From Octopus sinensis (Eukaryota), in the NCBI RefSeq assembly GCF_006345805.1, contig NW_021824702.1, forward strand, positions 1 to 41,726: DNA of 41,726 nucleotides, given 5' to 3'. The translations under genes and the position numbers were made by a program. Positions 22,768 to 36,389 of the stretch are shown here, piece after piece. The notes under the pieces are model-generated. The model was not told where the DNA came from. It was given only the letters and a program-made list of their open reading frames with translations, and ran no database searches. The first letter of the stretch is position 1. Every line of letters begins with the position of its first letter.

Positions 22768-23454
22768 ATATATACATACATATACACACATATATACAGA
22801 TAGAAACATATATATACACACACGCGCGCACACACAGAGATATGCGTATGTACAAATACATATACGTATACACAAATCAAAGTATGGGATGAGAAATAAA
22901 CGTATTGTTGAGTCTGAGATCATTCTCTCGTATGTATACTGACTCAGTTACCTGCCTACGTACTTTATCATAGGAATATGTGGAGAAGATATGTACATTT
23001 CGAGTCTATTGCATGAACCAGTGTGTTTATCTTGTGCAAGTCAATGAAAATAGAAACTGAAGGACGTTTCTTTTCAGTGAATTTCCTCAACTGCTCGCTA
23101 AACCTTTCACTGTTACAACGAGCAGTCCCTCACTTTTCAGAAAGCTTCAGAAAGTTTCAGAAAGCTTAAACGTATGCCTTCTTCGTATAGCGCATTTCTA
23201 ACTTTGCAGTTGATGGGTTCGTGAGGCATATTTCGCAACCATTCAACAAGTATCACTTTTGAAAGTCCTAACTGGAAAGGCGTATGCTCCTTCGCTCCTC
23301 AGTGCATCGGCCACGTCGCCTCCTTGTCTTATGAAACGTAATGTATGCTTAGGGTTGATTTATATTTTGAGTTCTGTTTTCTCCCCTTTATGAAACCAAA
23401 TTTATATACAAATACACACATATATATATGGTTATATATGTATAAATATAAATC

Positions 23455-23589
23455 CGTATAATTGTGTATGTATATATATATACAGTTGAAATTTACAGAA
23501 AAACAAAAAAGGAAAACAGGTGTATGAACGACAAGCATGTGTATTAGTTTCACGCTCGGATTCGAGCCTACGCTCTTCAACAGAAAGGA

Positions 23590-23590
<1 letters not shown>
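23455..23590 (-). mobile_element. PLE terminus fragment (same family as 33130-33650) with internal deletion
   Basis: TGTATTAGT..ACGCTCGG...TTCGAGCCTACGCTCTTC.ACAGAAAGG matches 33183-33252 but lacks the AAAGTCTTTAACG segment. Confidence 0.7.
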
Positions 23591-23620
<30 letters not shown>

Positions 23621-23624
23621 TACA

Positions 23625-23692
<68 letters not shown>

Positions 23693-23739
23693 TATATATT
23701 TCAATATTTGAAAAATATATATATATATTTTTCAAAATG

Positions 23740-23945
23740 TGACCTCGTGTGTTACCGTTGCCGATTTTTTTCCTCTGTGTTCCCTTCTCTGGATCTTTCC
23801 TTCTGCAATGTTTCCGACGAAGAGCTCCGCTCGAAACGTTAACCCTCCTTCTTTCCTTCTTTCCTGAGCGTCCAATAATACTATATTTGTTCCACGTCCT
23901 CGCGGTGTTGTGTTTTTTTGGGCTTTCTTGTTGGATTAAACTAAT
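23740..23945 (+). mobile_element. PLE terminus fragment carrying a hammerhead-like motif
   Basis: Pyrimidine-rich leader, hammerhead-like motif, then GAGCGTCCAATAATAC, similar to the 33.2 kb family; (TA)n flanks. Confidence 0.65.
23810..23843 (+). ncRNA. Minimal hammerhead-like motif, U4C core
   Basis: GUUU-CCGACGA-A-GAGC UCC GCUC-GAAA-C-GUU-AAC. Confidence 0.55.
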
Positions 23946-23952
23946 ATATATA

Positions 23953-23990
<38 letters not shown>

Positions 23991-24171
23991 TATGTGTGGT
24001 GTGTGGTGTGTGTATATATATACATATATATATATATGTAAATATATACTATAATATATATATATGTAAATATATATATACATTATATATATATACATAT
24101 ATATATATATATACATATAATATGTACACATATATATATACATACATATATATATATATATATATTTATTA

Positions 24172-24284
24172 TATAGAAGGAGCTTCTACAGACTAGTACT
24201 GTTTCATTCAAGAGAAATCTTCAGAAGCTTCCTGAAGTTTCTCTTGAATGAAACAGTACTAGTCCTGTAGAAGCTCCTTCTATA
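24172..24284. mobile_element. Near-perfect ~113-bp palindrome (fold-back PLE-type terminus)
   Basis: Arms of ~53 bp differing by two 1-nt indels, centred on AAGCTT; each strand contains CTGAAG(A)...GAAACAGTACTAGTC. PLE identity is inferred. Confidence 0.7.
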
Positions 24285-24747
24285 AATAAATTAATTTACT
24301 TGCTATGTATTGAGTACCTTACTTACTGTGGGTAACCCCGGATCAACCGGGACCTACATATATATATATATAGATATATTATATATATATGATATGCATT
24401 TATATATGCACATAACATACAGGCATACATACATACTAAGATGCCTAGCAATATGCAACTCTGATTTTATAAACACACTTTAAGTACAATGTAGTGTTTT
24501 TCCTTTATTCAAGATGGCGTTAAAGAGGCCACCAAGTAGAGATGAAGTCAGAAGCGTAATGCAGGAAGGAGTCGTAAAAGCATTACCGTTGGACGACATA
24601 ATGTTCGACAAAAGTTACTCAGTTAACTTATCTACGTATAAATACATATTCATAGATTGATAAACAAACAGATAGACAGATAGATAGACAGACATATATA
24701 TATATGCGTATAGATAGATAGGTAGATAGACAGAGAGAGAGAGAGAA

Positions 24748-24872
<125 letters not shown>

Positions 24873-25000
24873 CCTTGACGAGGTCATCTTCAACTTTCAT
24901 TTTGGCGCCGATAATTAAAATTGCAGTAAAATACAGAGATTGATCTCTTTCTTTCTCTCTGTCTCTCTCTCTGTCTCTCTCTCTCAGACTCTCAGTCTCT

Positions 25001-25057
<57 letters not shown>

Positions 25058-25508
25058 ATTCACAACGAGAAACTCACAGACCCGCAGCCACCAGACTTGA
25101 TCATTAGTACCCGACACAAACTAGTACTTTTTACAGTATATCATTAAGAAACTTGTATCCTTTATACTAATATTCAGGCATCAGTATTTCATTTAATTAT
25201 TGAAGTAAACTCAATATTTGTTTAACTTGACCAAAGTGAACATCCTTGATTCGGAAAAAAAACAGTAATCCAGAAAGTTTGGAACCAAAGGATTCGGAAA
25301 ACCAATGGTGTACCTCTACAAGAATACAAACAAGTTCGTTCGCAATATTGCAGTGGGAAATCATTTCTAGAATTGACTTGCTTCTTGCAAAATATTACAT
25401 GAACGCCATTAGGGATAATTAAACAACAAACTTCATTAATCTTCTCAAATATATGATATGACATTTTGTGTAACTTCAATCTTTAGTTATTTCGAAAACA
25501 TATTAACC

Positions 25509-25741
25509 TATTTCTTTACTACCCACAAGGGGCTAAACACAGAGGAGACAAACAAGGACAGACAAATGGATTAAGTCAATTATATCGACCCCAGTGCGTA
25601 ACTGCTACTTATTTAATCGACCCCGAAAGAATGAAAGACAAAGACGACCTCGGCGGAATTTGAACTCAGAACGTAGCGGCAGGCGAAATACAGCAAAGCA
25701 ATTCGCCCGGCGTGCTAATGATTCTGCCAGCTCGCCACCTT
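25509..25741 (-). mobile_element. SINE, family A (full length)
   Basis: Colinear with the reverse complement of 1517-1735 and includes the GTCTGTCCTTGTTTGTC segment. Confidence 0.9.
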
Positions 25742-25858
25742 ATTCAGGCAACTAACCGCCAACTCGTAAACATTGCTGGCCTAGTGCACAAATTTGAAAC
25801 CTTTCTTATTACTGCTATTATCTCAATACAATTTTTGTGATATTATTATCCGATTTGT

Positions 25859-26077
25859 AAGGGCGGCAAAGATGGCAGAGTTGTTTGCACGCCGGACAAA
25901 ATGTTTAGCGACATTTCGTCCGTCTTTACATTAGGAGTTCAAATTCCGCCAAGGTTGATTTTTACCTTTCATCCTTTAAGGGGCAAATAAAATTAGTAGC
26001 AGTCGAGTATTGGGGTCGATGTAATCGACTTTACCCCTCCCCCGAAATTGCTGGCCCTATGCCAAAATTTGAAATCG
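25859..26077 (+). mobile_element. SINE, family A variant
   Basis: GGCGGCAAAGATGGCAGAG...GAGTTCAAATTCCGCC...GGGGTCGATGTAATCGACTT...AAAATTTGAAATC. Confidence 0.85.
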
Positions 26078-26107
26078 ATATTATTATTAGGTCTGTGAGG
26101 TTGACCC

Positions 26108-26175
26108 AGATGGTAACACGCTGAGTAGTAATTAATTTTGTTGATTAATGACCAGGTTCAAATCCTAGCCAGTCA
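26108..26175 (+). mobile_element. tRNA-like SINE head remnant
   Basis: GACCCAGATGGTAA (A-box-like) and GGTTCAAATCC (B box); no convincing cloverleaf. Confidence 0.4.
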
Positions 26176-26527
26176 GCTTTGGTGTTGTATTTTATTCCAC
26201 CATCGACCTGCAGGAAATGTTCACCGTATTCACTTCAATAGATTACAGCCGCTCCAATACATCACCTGTGTACGTAGGTGGGCAGGTACAAATTATATCA
26301 TGCACTAGAAATTTATACAGAGCCAAGTGGTCACCAACTGACCAGGATTCATCGAAATCCAAGTAACTAAGTAAGCAGAGACCATAGCAACCGGACTTTT
26401 CGGTTAGTATTAGTATAAAGGACTAATAAAGAATTGTTTACGTTGAAAACCTGGGCAGTTAATTTCTTGACAAAACAAAATGATAAAAGAATCAAATCGG
26501 GCAGGATTAGAGAATATATATTTACCG

Positions 26528-26592
<65 letters not shown>

Positions 26593-27443
26593 TATTATCA
26601 ACAAGAACCAACGAGGAATACTCAACCGGGCAAGATTAAAACACTCAAGAGGTTATATGGTTAGCTATTATTATTAACAGGAACGGACGGGAGAAGGTCT
26701 ACATCGTTAAACGACGTGCTAGAAATAGCAACGAAATTTCCTTTAATTACAATCTACCGCCTAAAAGAAAGGACATATAGGAAAATGTCATCAAGTGTAC
26801 ACAACAATGCCTGAAAATAAAGCGTGATGATCACGGATGGAAAGCCTTTAATCGTAGAAAGTGGTTGAAACGTAACCTGAGATTAAACAATAACAGATTG
26901 TAGTAAATGGTTGAGTAAAATGATATTTGTAAATGATTATTTAGTGAATGAAATTGATAAATACCTTATCTGGCGTTGGTGAGGAAGATGTGGTGGCAGT
27001 GATGCTCCTCCCAAAAGGGACGTCACCAGGGAATTGCATTTACGTATGTTTAAAGAACGAAATAAAACGAGAGAGTAAAATGGCTTCCGTCATCTCATCT
27101 GGGAATAAACACAACAACAACAACAACAATAATGATGTTGTTCTTAAAATAAAACTGATCAGGTTTAATTTTAGATTGATACTAAAAATAGTTGTCTAAT
27201 CAACATGATTGCATTTCTTGAGGTTCACGTATCGAAGAGAGTTTAAAATTTTTCGATAAACACATTGTGACGTCGTTGCTCTCCTGACGTAATTACTATA
27301 GACAGACGGAAAGCAAAACAAAACACCAAACGGCCAGAGACAAAAGCATATGGAATAAATATGAATAAATTAACGGCATAATTTAAATTGACGTTTGCTG
27401 ACATAACTAGGTTATGTTTTGCTGTTGTTGTTGGTTTTATTGT

Positions 27444-27496
<53 letters not shown>

Positions 27497-28854
27497 TTCT
27501 AATGTTGTTCATGGCCATAAGGTTATAAAAATGGGCACAGACAGAAAATACACAGTAAGAAGAAATACGTGCAAGTCGTTCATGTCTCCTGGCCGTCGCC
27601 ATTCGTCCGACACAAACTTCTTCTGATGGGGAATCTTACTTTACACATCGAACGTCGCTGCTTCAATTTGAAACCGGTTTGTTGATAACTTCTACTCATA
27701 CATTTGTCGTTAATGTAAACCTTCTGCCATCTGCAACTTCCGAATTCTTTGCCGTCTCTTTGATTTCTTTTGACATTATTTATTCCACCTTTTACTGTCA
27801 TCGTATCTAACTCGTTCGTATTGTAAGCATATTGTTATAATATATATAATATATATAACGTATATTACCATGTATATAATATGTAATACAAAAGTTATCT
27901 TCATTGTAATAATTAATATCATATCGACCGTCTTTCTGTTATTACGTTTATCTCCACAAAGTTGTATCCATCTCCACAAAGTGTATCCATGCATAATCCA
28001 CAAGCTCTTTTTATTGGTCATCTAACGAAACTATTTTGTTAATAGTGTATATATATATATATATATATATATAGATAATATATATATATATATATATATA
28101 ATATATATAAACAATTGCAGAGTGGAAGGTGTTTATAAGCCATTTAAAAACACACAAAAACCGTTAGATTCACTTCAACATTTAAATATATTTAATTTGC
28201 CAAAATATTTTCGTTGCTTTGAAACCGCAACCGGTTCACTAACAAAATTCCGTGCTACTTTTGTTAATATAGTGTGTGTGTGCGCACATATATATATACA
28301 TACATACACATGTGTGTGTATATATATACAGATGTGTGTGTATATATATGTATATACACACACACATACACATAAAATAAGACGGGATGGCGGTGTTTAT
28401 CGGCGTTCAAGTTAGAGCTATTAGCAGATTTAAGCCCAACATTACAAGATAAGGGCAATTCCTGTTGTCAGCACCAGGGAACAAATGCTTTTCTTGCGAT
28501 TCTTATTACAGTGAGAGATGCCGGGTTATCCACAGTTGCATCCTCTTGCTGGAGATGCAGTGCCGGACTGCTGACTCCGTGATCCATCACTTAATATTCT
28601 GTGGTGTTGTATTCGTTCTACTAAATAGGGGTTATGTCGAAGAATAAAAGCTACTTCGGAAGCCGTGGGGGAGAGGGCAAGTTTCAAAACATTGCGAAGG
28701 GAGTAACTTCCAATGAATTCTTCAAGAAGTTGTAAGATTGTATTGCATGTTTACATTCAAAGATATACGTGTGTGTGTCATTGGCAGTCAGTAACTCATC
28801 AAAAATGCTGGAAATGACCTTACAGAGATAGCTTGATAGATAGATAGATAAATA

Positions 28855-28899
<45 letters not shown>

Positions 28900-29054
28900 G
28901 TTGATTGATTGATTGATTGATAAGAGAGAGAGAGAGAGAGAGAGAGAGGCGGGGGAGACAGCCAGGCAGGTAGACAGACAGACAGACAAACAGACAGACG
29001 GTGTAATGATTTTAGGGAGATTTGACTCGAATTCCTAACATGCATATATGTAAA

Positions 29055-29208
<154 letters not shown>

Positions 29209-30241
29209 TACGCATGCGCTAGGAATACCATCCAAATCTCTGTCGAAATTTCACCATTATACTGACTTTAAGGAAAATGGTGTCGGGTGGGGACCTGAGT
29301 TAACGGAAGCCAAAGACCCTTAATTGCAGAAAGAAAAAAGACCTATCCGTGCAAAGATGGTCAGTGCTGCAACTCCTTTAACATAAATCGTTTCGATCAG
29401 TTCTGCCTAGGGCTAAAAACACCAACACCAACACCACCACCAACAAGAATAACAGAAACGGTGAAGGTCAAATATATGTCCTCCGCGAATGTTTGTCTCT
29501 TTGACTCTTGCAATAAAATTTGGCCACGGTTTCTACGTTTCGGACGATTTCAAGAATATTCTTGCTCAAATCGTCAACATCATCTTCCCCGTCATCATTG
29601 TAAACCCTCAAAAACTGTCCCCTTAAGCAGGTCTAACCTTCAGCTAAGACCATTTTCGCTCAGATCTGTTTATGTATATTAGAACGTGTGATTGCTTCTA
29701 AAGTTAGAGACATAATTTTCTCTGCGATCAAGAAATGAAAACACAGTGATTATCTATAGTTATCTCCCTTGCACCCTGAGTGTGATTGCATTATTCCGTG
29801 AAATATTCAACCGCTCAAAATAAAGCCGCATTTATCGATAGATGTAACTACGGATAAGCGAACACGCATACACGCAAGCATATACACACGTACACACACA
29901 CACACACACATATATATATACACGTACACAACTACTCAGCCATACACAACACACATACACACACACATATATATATACACGTACACAAGTACTCACCCAT
30001 ACACAATACACATACACTCACACACACACATACATATATATACACGTACACAGGTACTCACACATACGCACATATACACACATACACACACACACACATA
30101 TATACACGTACACAAGTACTCACACATACGCTCATATACACACAGGTGCGCGCGTTTGTGCAAAATATTTTTACTTCTACACAAAAATTGCTTGTACGTA
30201 TATAACATATATAACATATATGCACAAACACACATGCATAT

Positions 30242-30296
<55 letters not shown>

Positions 30297-30313
30297 CTAT
30301 AAATATATATATA

Positions 30314-30345
<32 letters not shown>

Positions 30346-30366
30346 ATATAGTCATATATATATATA

Positions 30367-30520
30367 TTCTAGCAAAGGACTATCCGCCGAACGGCAACGT
30401 GAAACTCAGAGTAACAGGTTTTGTTGAATTTTCTGCTGCTTTAAATAAAGCATATTACTCTACCACTGGTATTTGAGTACTCTTTTTTCCACCTTATTTC
30501 ACATTTATGTGTTTACTCGG
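30367..30520 (+). mobile_element. PLE terminus (same family as 6707-6918) with degenerate hammerhead
   Basis: TTCTAGCAAA...CUAU-CCGCCGA-ACG GCAA CGU-GAAA-CUC A GAG-UA-ACAG (30380-30417); (TA)n flanks. Confidence 0.7.
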
Positions 30521-30833
30521 TATATATATATATATATATATATATCTATATATATATATATATATAACTATAAATATATATATATATACACACACATACA
30601 TATATACATAAACACAGATATTTATATATACACACACATATACGTACGTACAGACATATATGCATACTTATATACATACATATATAAACATTTATGTATG
30701 CGTGTATTGTTATATACACGTTTAGATAATATACGTTATTATATATACAAAGGCGGCAAGGTGGCAGAATCGTTACTGCACCTGTTGGTTCTTATCACTG
30801 AAACAATAATACAACTGGAATAGCAACAACTAC

Positions 30834-30975
<142 letters not shown>

Positions 30976-31110
30976 GTTTCAAATTTAGGCAAAGGGGCCA
31001 GAATGGCCATAAGAGTCGGCCACGTAAAAGAAAGGACGATAGAATATAAAGGACATCAGTGGTTTTTATTTACCACGTGTAAGCAGTAGATCAATAATAA
31101 TTAATATCCT

Positions 31111-31384
31111 GTGCACCCCGATTGCATCTTGTACGCCCCGATCGCATCCTGTACACCCCGATCACATCCCGTACACCCCGATCGCATCCTCTACACTCCG
31201 ATCGCATCCTGTACACCCCGATCGCATCCTGTACGCCCCGATCGCATCCTCTACACCTTAATCGCATCCTGTACACTCCGATCGCATCCCGTGCACTCCG
31301 ATCGCATCCCGTACACCCCGATCGCATCCTATACATCCCGATCGCATCCTCTACACCCTAATCGCATCCTGTACGCCCCGATCG
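31111..31384. repeat. 20-bp minisatellite (GTACACCCCGATCGCATCCT), about 13.7 copies
   Basis: Exact 20-nt period with no indels. Confidence 0.97.
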
Positions 31385-31439
31385 TCAATGACATTTCAGG
31401 CTAGCAGCCCTCTTCTTTTCGTTCTCTTCAGCTCATGCT

Positions 31440-32230
31440 CAGAGTAGGTCCATTGACACGGGCCATTCTCGCCGCATTTACTCCCTTTCAATAAATATAT
31501 GGAGATGAGAGGGCAACACTTCCTTCTCCACTTTCACTTTCCAAGTGGAACTTGAAAAAGTCGACAGGTATTTACCGAAGAGAAAAGTGTCTGTCTTCAA
31601 TCCTGTCTACCTTTTCCGCCACGCTACCTTTTCTGACATAGTCACTGGACAGGAAAATTGTTTGCTCTATCCGAACAAAGAATGAGTCGGAACGCCCCTC
31701 ACGATGGACTCAACCGTCGGCCGGTTCCACCCAACGCGAAACAACAGCTGCTCAACAAAGCTTCCCCAATTAAGCAATGACCAGATGCCGAACGAGTGCA
31801 TACAGAACGGTTTCATCGCTCTGCTCGCATCTCCAGTGGGACCGTTTGCCCATTCTTCCGTCAGTTGCGGCAAATATCTGCCAAGAGATTCTGGCATATG
31901 AAAATAAAGCTCAAAGTATAGATCATCCATCGCTGGCGACCTCTCCCTCATGCAGTTAGTCCTCGTGTTACGTACGACCTCAGCTTTTATCGGCGTTTCG
32001 CATCTCTGGCCGAAAACCACGTCAGGCCATCGCAGTAGAAGGCAAAACCCATCCCCGTCTCCTAAACACACAGAAGGTTGCATCCTTCGTTGAAGTGTTG
32101 CAACATAGTCACCCACAGTCCTCACTGACCACTGGTTGTTGAAACTGCTTGGCGGAATCAATTGTAATTCTTTGATTCCCCTCCATGGATTCATCACCTG
32201 TCAAGATCTCTATGGTCTCCATTGATCACT
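31440..32230 (-). mobile_element. Tx1/L1-clade LINE, decayed 3' ORF2 fragment
   Basis: FVEQLLFRVGWNRPTVESIV...GLKTDTFL..K...F...WK.KV..E matches the L1/Tx1 C-terminal region as I recall it; contains stops and frameshifts. Confidence 0.65.
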
Positions 32231-32466
32231 AATGGACAAACATGACTTCAGCCATTTTCTTTTTTATTTCTTTCTATTTTTTTATATTCCATATTTATAT
32301 ATTTATCTGATAAATCAATTCGATTTTTCCATTTATTTTAAGCCTTATCTTTCATCAAGAATTTTAACAAATCAGTCAGAAATAAACATTCTTTCATTTC
32401 CTTCATAATTCACGGCTATTTGTTCGTGATAAGATAAAAACTGAAAGCTATACATACATACATACA

Positions 32467-32516
<50 letters not shown>

Positions 32517-32569
32517 ATATATATATATATATAATATACAAATACATATATATACAAATATATATATAC

Positions 32570-32602
<33 letters not shown>

Positions 32603-32784
32603 TATACAAATACATATATATACAAATATATATATACATATATACATATATATATGTATATATATATACATATATATATACACATATATATTATACATAT
32701 ATATATATATACGCATACATATATATATATACATATATACATATATATATATAAATATATATATATATACATACATGCATGTTT

Positions 32785-32860
<76 letters not shown>

Positions 32861-33014
32861 AAAGATTTTCAAAAGATACTTGATACAGTCAATATTTGAG
32901 ATTTTCTTAAAAATCATAAGAAGTTTTAAAAATTTGATAAAAACTGAATGACATGAACGAACCTACACTCACACACACTCATACATACATTTATATATAT
33001 ATATATAATATATA

Positions 33015-33074
<60 letters not shown>

Positions 33075-33129
33075 AGTGTGTGTGTGTGTGTGTGTTGTGT
33101 GTGTGTGTGTACATATATATATATAGGGA

Positions 33130-33650
33130 GAATTCACAAAAAAAACAAAAGACGAAGACAGGTGGTGTAGACAACAAACAGATGTATTAGTATAACGCTC
33201 GGGAAGTGAAAAAGTCTTTAACGTTTCGAGCCTACGCTCTTCTACAGAAAGGAACACAGAAAGAAACAAGGAGAGAAAATAAAGAATGTGTAGTGGCTAG
33301 CGATCTATCATGGCGAATGCCGGACAGAGGGGTCACACAGGAGAGCTAGGGAGAAGAGGAGATAATAAAGTAGTGGTGGTGTATGGTGTAGTGGTGTGTG
33401 GTGTGTGGTGTTGGGAGGTGGGAGAGGCGAGAGTGAGGAAAGGAAGGGTGGGGTGTGGGTCAGGCTGAGGGTGGGGTTAGAGGTGGTGTATGTGGGAGTG
33501 GGCGTAAGCGATGGGGTGAGGTTAGAGTGATAGGGAAGGTGGGGTTTGATTGTGTAGGGGTGTGTGTGGTTACGAGGGAGGGGTGACGATGAAGGGGGAA
33601 GGGAGAAGGTTGGTAGGAGTGAAGAGAAAAGAGGAGGGTTGGAGTGAAGG
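33130..33650 (-). mobile_element. Penelope-like element 3' region/pLTR
   Basis: C/T- and CA-rich 3' region followed by a hammerhead-like motif and terminus; (TA)n at the end. Confidence 0.7.
33216..33251 (-). ncRNA. Minimal type-I hammerhead-like motif, A6U core
   Basis: CUUU-CUGUAGA-A-GAGC GUAG GCUC-GAAA-C-GUU-AAAG; stems I and II pair perfectly. Confidence 0.65.
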
Positions 33651-34236
33651 GAACCTTTTTAAGGTTGCAAATAATGTCGTTACCGTTCTCCTGTAGTCTT
33701 GCCTTTATTCTGTCGTAGATTGCCTTTTGTTTATCTGTCATGTCGCCATTAGTTTTATGGTCTTCTTTTAGATCATCTATATGTTTCTCATCAAGTAAGC
33801 TATCACTGCTCCTTTCCCATGTTATGGGATTACTCTTATTAGTAAGAACTGTATTTTCATCGTTATATCTGCTGTTATTTTCCAAGACCAGTCTTTTGAT
33901 AGCTTTGAGCTCTACTTCTGTGAACCAACGATTTTTTATTATTGCTCTAGCTTGATCACATAGTCTCTGTTCCGTGATTTGAAACAATCCCTTTTCTCTC
34001 CCAGGATCATACATACGTTGTCGGTAACCCCTAATATGAGCACCATTTTCATCTACCGGGTTGCTCAAGCAGTAACACTCCATGACCACAGCATTAATTT
34101 GCTTGCTCCATCTACGCGGTGTGTGGTGGTCCCTTTCTGGATATCGACAGGCTGGAGCCGGACCAGAATCTCTGAGCCTGCCGGGTGCAACACTGTCACC
34201 ATCAATGGCTTCAGTTTCATTACCACTGTTATTCAC
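33650..34236 (-). mobile_element. R4/Dong-type LINE N-terminal ORF fragment
   Basis: RRWSKQINAVVMECYCLSNP...GYRQRMY...TEQRLCDQARAIIKNRWFTEVELKAIKR is the characteristic N-terminal Myb-like region of R4/Dong ORFs; the frame is still open. Confidence 0.85.
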
Positions 34237-34861
34237 AATATTTTGTTTTTTTCATTGTACTCGTATGAGGTAGCGATTATCAGGTTGCGCAATTACCAGT
34301 GTTTTTATTGTGACACCATTACTAGATGTATATCATTAATCAGGACATGGAAAGGCTCCACCAGCTTCCTTTCATTACTTTTATTATTATCATCACTGGT
34401 ATCACTGATATTATTGTTATTATTTTTTTTTACTATTTGTCATTGTTATATTAACAGACTCAGAGGTTATGCAGGGCAGGGGTGGCACCAATTTCCAGCG
34501 CTGTTCACATGGACAGCCGCATAGAAAATTACACTATTTGATCTGGCCTTCCTCAGCGATGTTCTGTCATGCTGAACGACTTTCCAGAGAGTCCATTGCT
34601 CACTTGTAATCTTCTTCGGTGAACAGACTCTTCTTCAGTCTTCTATCGCCATTGTCAATGACTGCCTTTATTGTTGTTGTAATTGTTGTATCTACGTGTA
34701 GTAGCAGCAGTGGTGGCAGCAGCAGCAACAGTAGTAGGGGTGGGGTAGTGTTAGTAGTGGTAGTTGGGCCTCAGATTCCTGTGCTATCAGAATAGTACTA
34801 GTTGTAGTATTAGCAGCTGTAGCATATCATCATCATCATTATTATTATTATTATTATTATT

Positions 34862-34926
<65 letters not shown>

Positions 34927-34927
<1 letters not shown>

Positions 34928-35370
34928 GAGTGAAAGAGCAGTGCATGCCATAAAAGTGACACTGGGGTAAAATATACGAAGCCCACTACACCCATCATGA
35001 CTACCCGTCTGATAAGGGTACACCAGGCACATGCATCACAACCATATGTGCTCAACATGGTGATCTCATATCAAGATAAACAGCACATGACCTTGCAGGT
35101 GGGGCCCAATTAGAATTTTCTTCTGGTCGAGTAACCCATCCCGCTCAAAAGGTCCTTGAATAAGAGTTGTTTAAGGATGTTGAACGAAACACCCATGTTT
35201 TCAAAGGTGGATTATTCAAACCCCAAACAATCCCTCTCAACACACGGCTATGATGCTCTCCCACTACTTCTGCTCGTGATCAGAGATGCACATACCATCA
35301 GCCACTAAGGGACATGCTCAACTGGTTAAGGTCAAACAACTGACAAGCAAATCTGTGGTATTGAGCAGAA
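34927..35370 (-). mobile_element. Non-autonomous retroposon with (TAA)n tail (unclassified)
   Basis: Minus 3' end ...GCATGCACTGCTCTTTCACTCAATAATAATAA; non-coding. I recall it as a common cephalopod repeat (unverified). Confidence 0.55.
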
Positions 35371-35905
35371 TATTATTATTATTATTCAGTAGTTTTATTT
35401 TTATAGCGTGCTTTCACTTCACTACCGAGCGCAGCTCTGTGTGCCTTGGGTATGTGCTGTGATTTGTTGTGATGCTCTGATGGTTATTGTATGGAAAGTG
35501 TTCTGCGTAGGATGTGTGCAGTGCCTAGTAGTGCAATTTTCTGTATGTTATATGTGTTTGTAAGTCCTGGTGTTTTTGTTATGTATTTGTCTGAATATTT
35601 TTTTATCATGCCTAATGCACCTACTATGATAGGATTGTTTCTGTTTTCAGATTCCACATTCTAGTTACCTCTATTTCCAGGTCTTTGTATTTTGAGAGTT
35701 TCTCCATTTCTTTTAGAGACCGTTGTCATCTGCCGGTATTGATACATCAATTAGAAAGCATTTTTTTTCTTCATGATCTCTGACAACTATATCTGGTCTG
35801 TTGGCCTTAATTTCTCTATCTGTGTGTATCGGCATATCCCAGAGTATGGTTGCTTTCTCGTTTTCTGTGACCTTTTCTGGTGTGTGCCTATACCATCTTT
35901 TTTCT
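35371..35905 (-). mobile_element. R4/Dong-type LINE 3' end: restriction-like endonuclease, 3' UTR, (TAA)n tail
   Basis: WYRHTPEKVTENEKATILWDMPIHTDREIKANRPDIVV...FLIDVSIPADDN...EKLSKYKDLEIEVTRMW...IVGALG...LLGTAHILRRTLSIQ* (PD..D..K RLE motif); two apparent 1-nt frameshifts; stop at 35484-35486. Confidence 0.93.
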
Positions 35906-35938
35906 GTTGTTATTCCATAATGTTGGCATAGATTGGCA

Positions 35939-36008
<70 letters not shown>

Positions 36009-36355
36009 CATCATTTTTATCATCATTTTCAAGTGTGTTATATTTCCTTTAGGTCATTTGTACATATACATACTTATTATAGGACTAAACATGAGTTTAA
36101 TCATTTTAATTGGGCGCTCTGATAAAGCTCGACCCGCAAACATATCTTCCTTATATTTATCCCTATAATTAATAGACCAAATCCCTTTCTATTATTTTTA
36201 GTTTTTCAGTGTAGTGCACTTCCCCTGTAATTTCTTTTTTTACACGCGGGTATGTGTATATTTATGTCCGTATATGTATATGTGTGTGTATATATACCCT
36301 GTGTGGGCGCGCGCGTGTATGTCTATGTGTATCTGTTTGTGTATGATATTCGTGT

Positions 36356-36389
<34 letters not shown>

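Noticed and set aside
28526-28534. TTATCCACA (DnaA box)
   Set aside because: A single 9-mer in eukaryotic DNA; expected by chance.
31111-31384. CRISPR-like array
   Set aside because: Units are contiguous with no unique spacers, no cas genes, and the context is eukaryotic.
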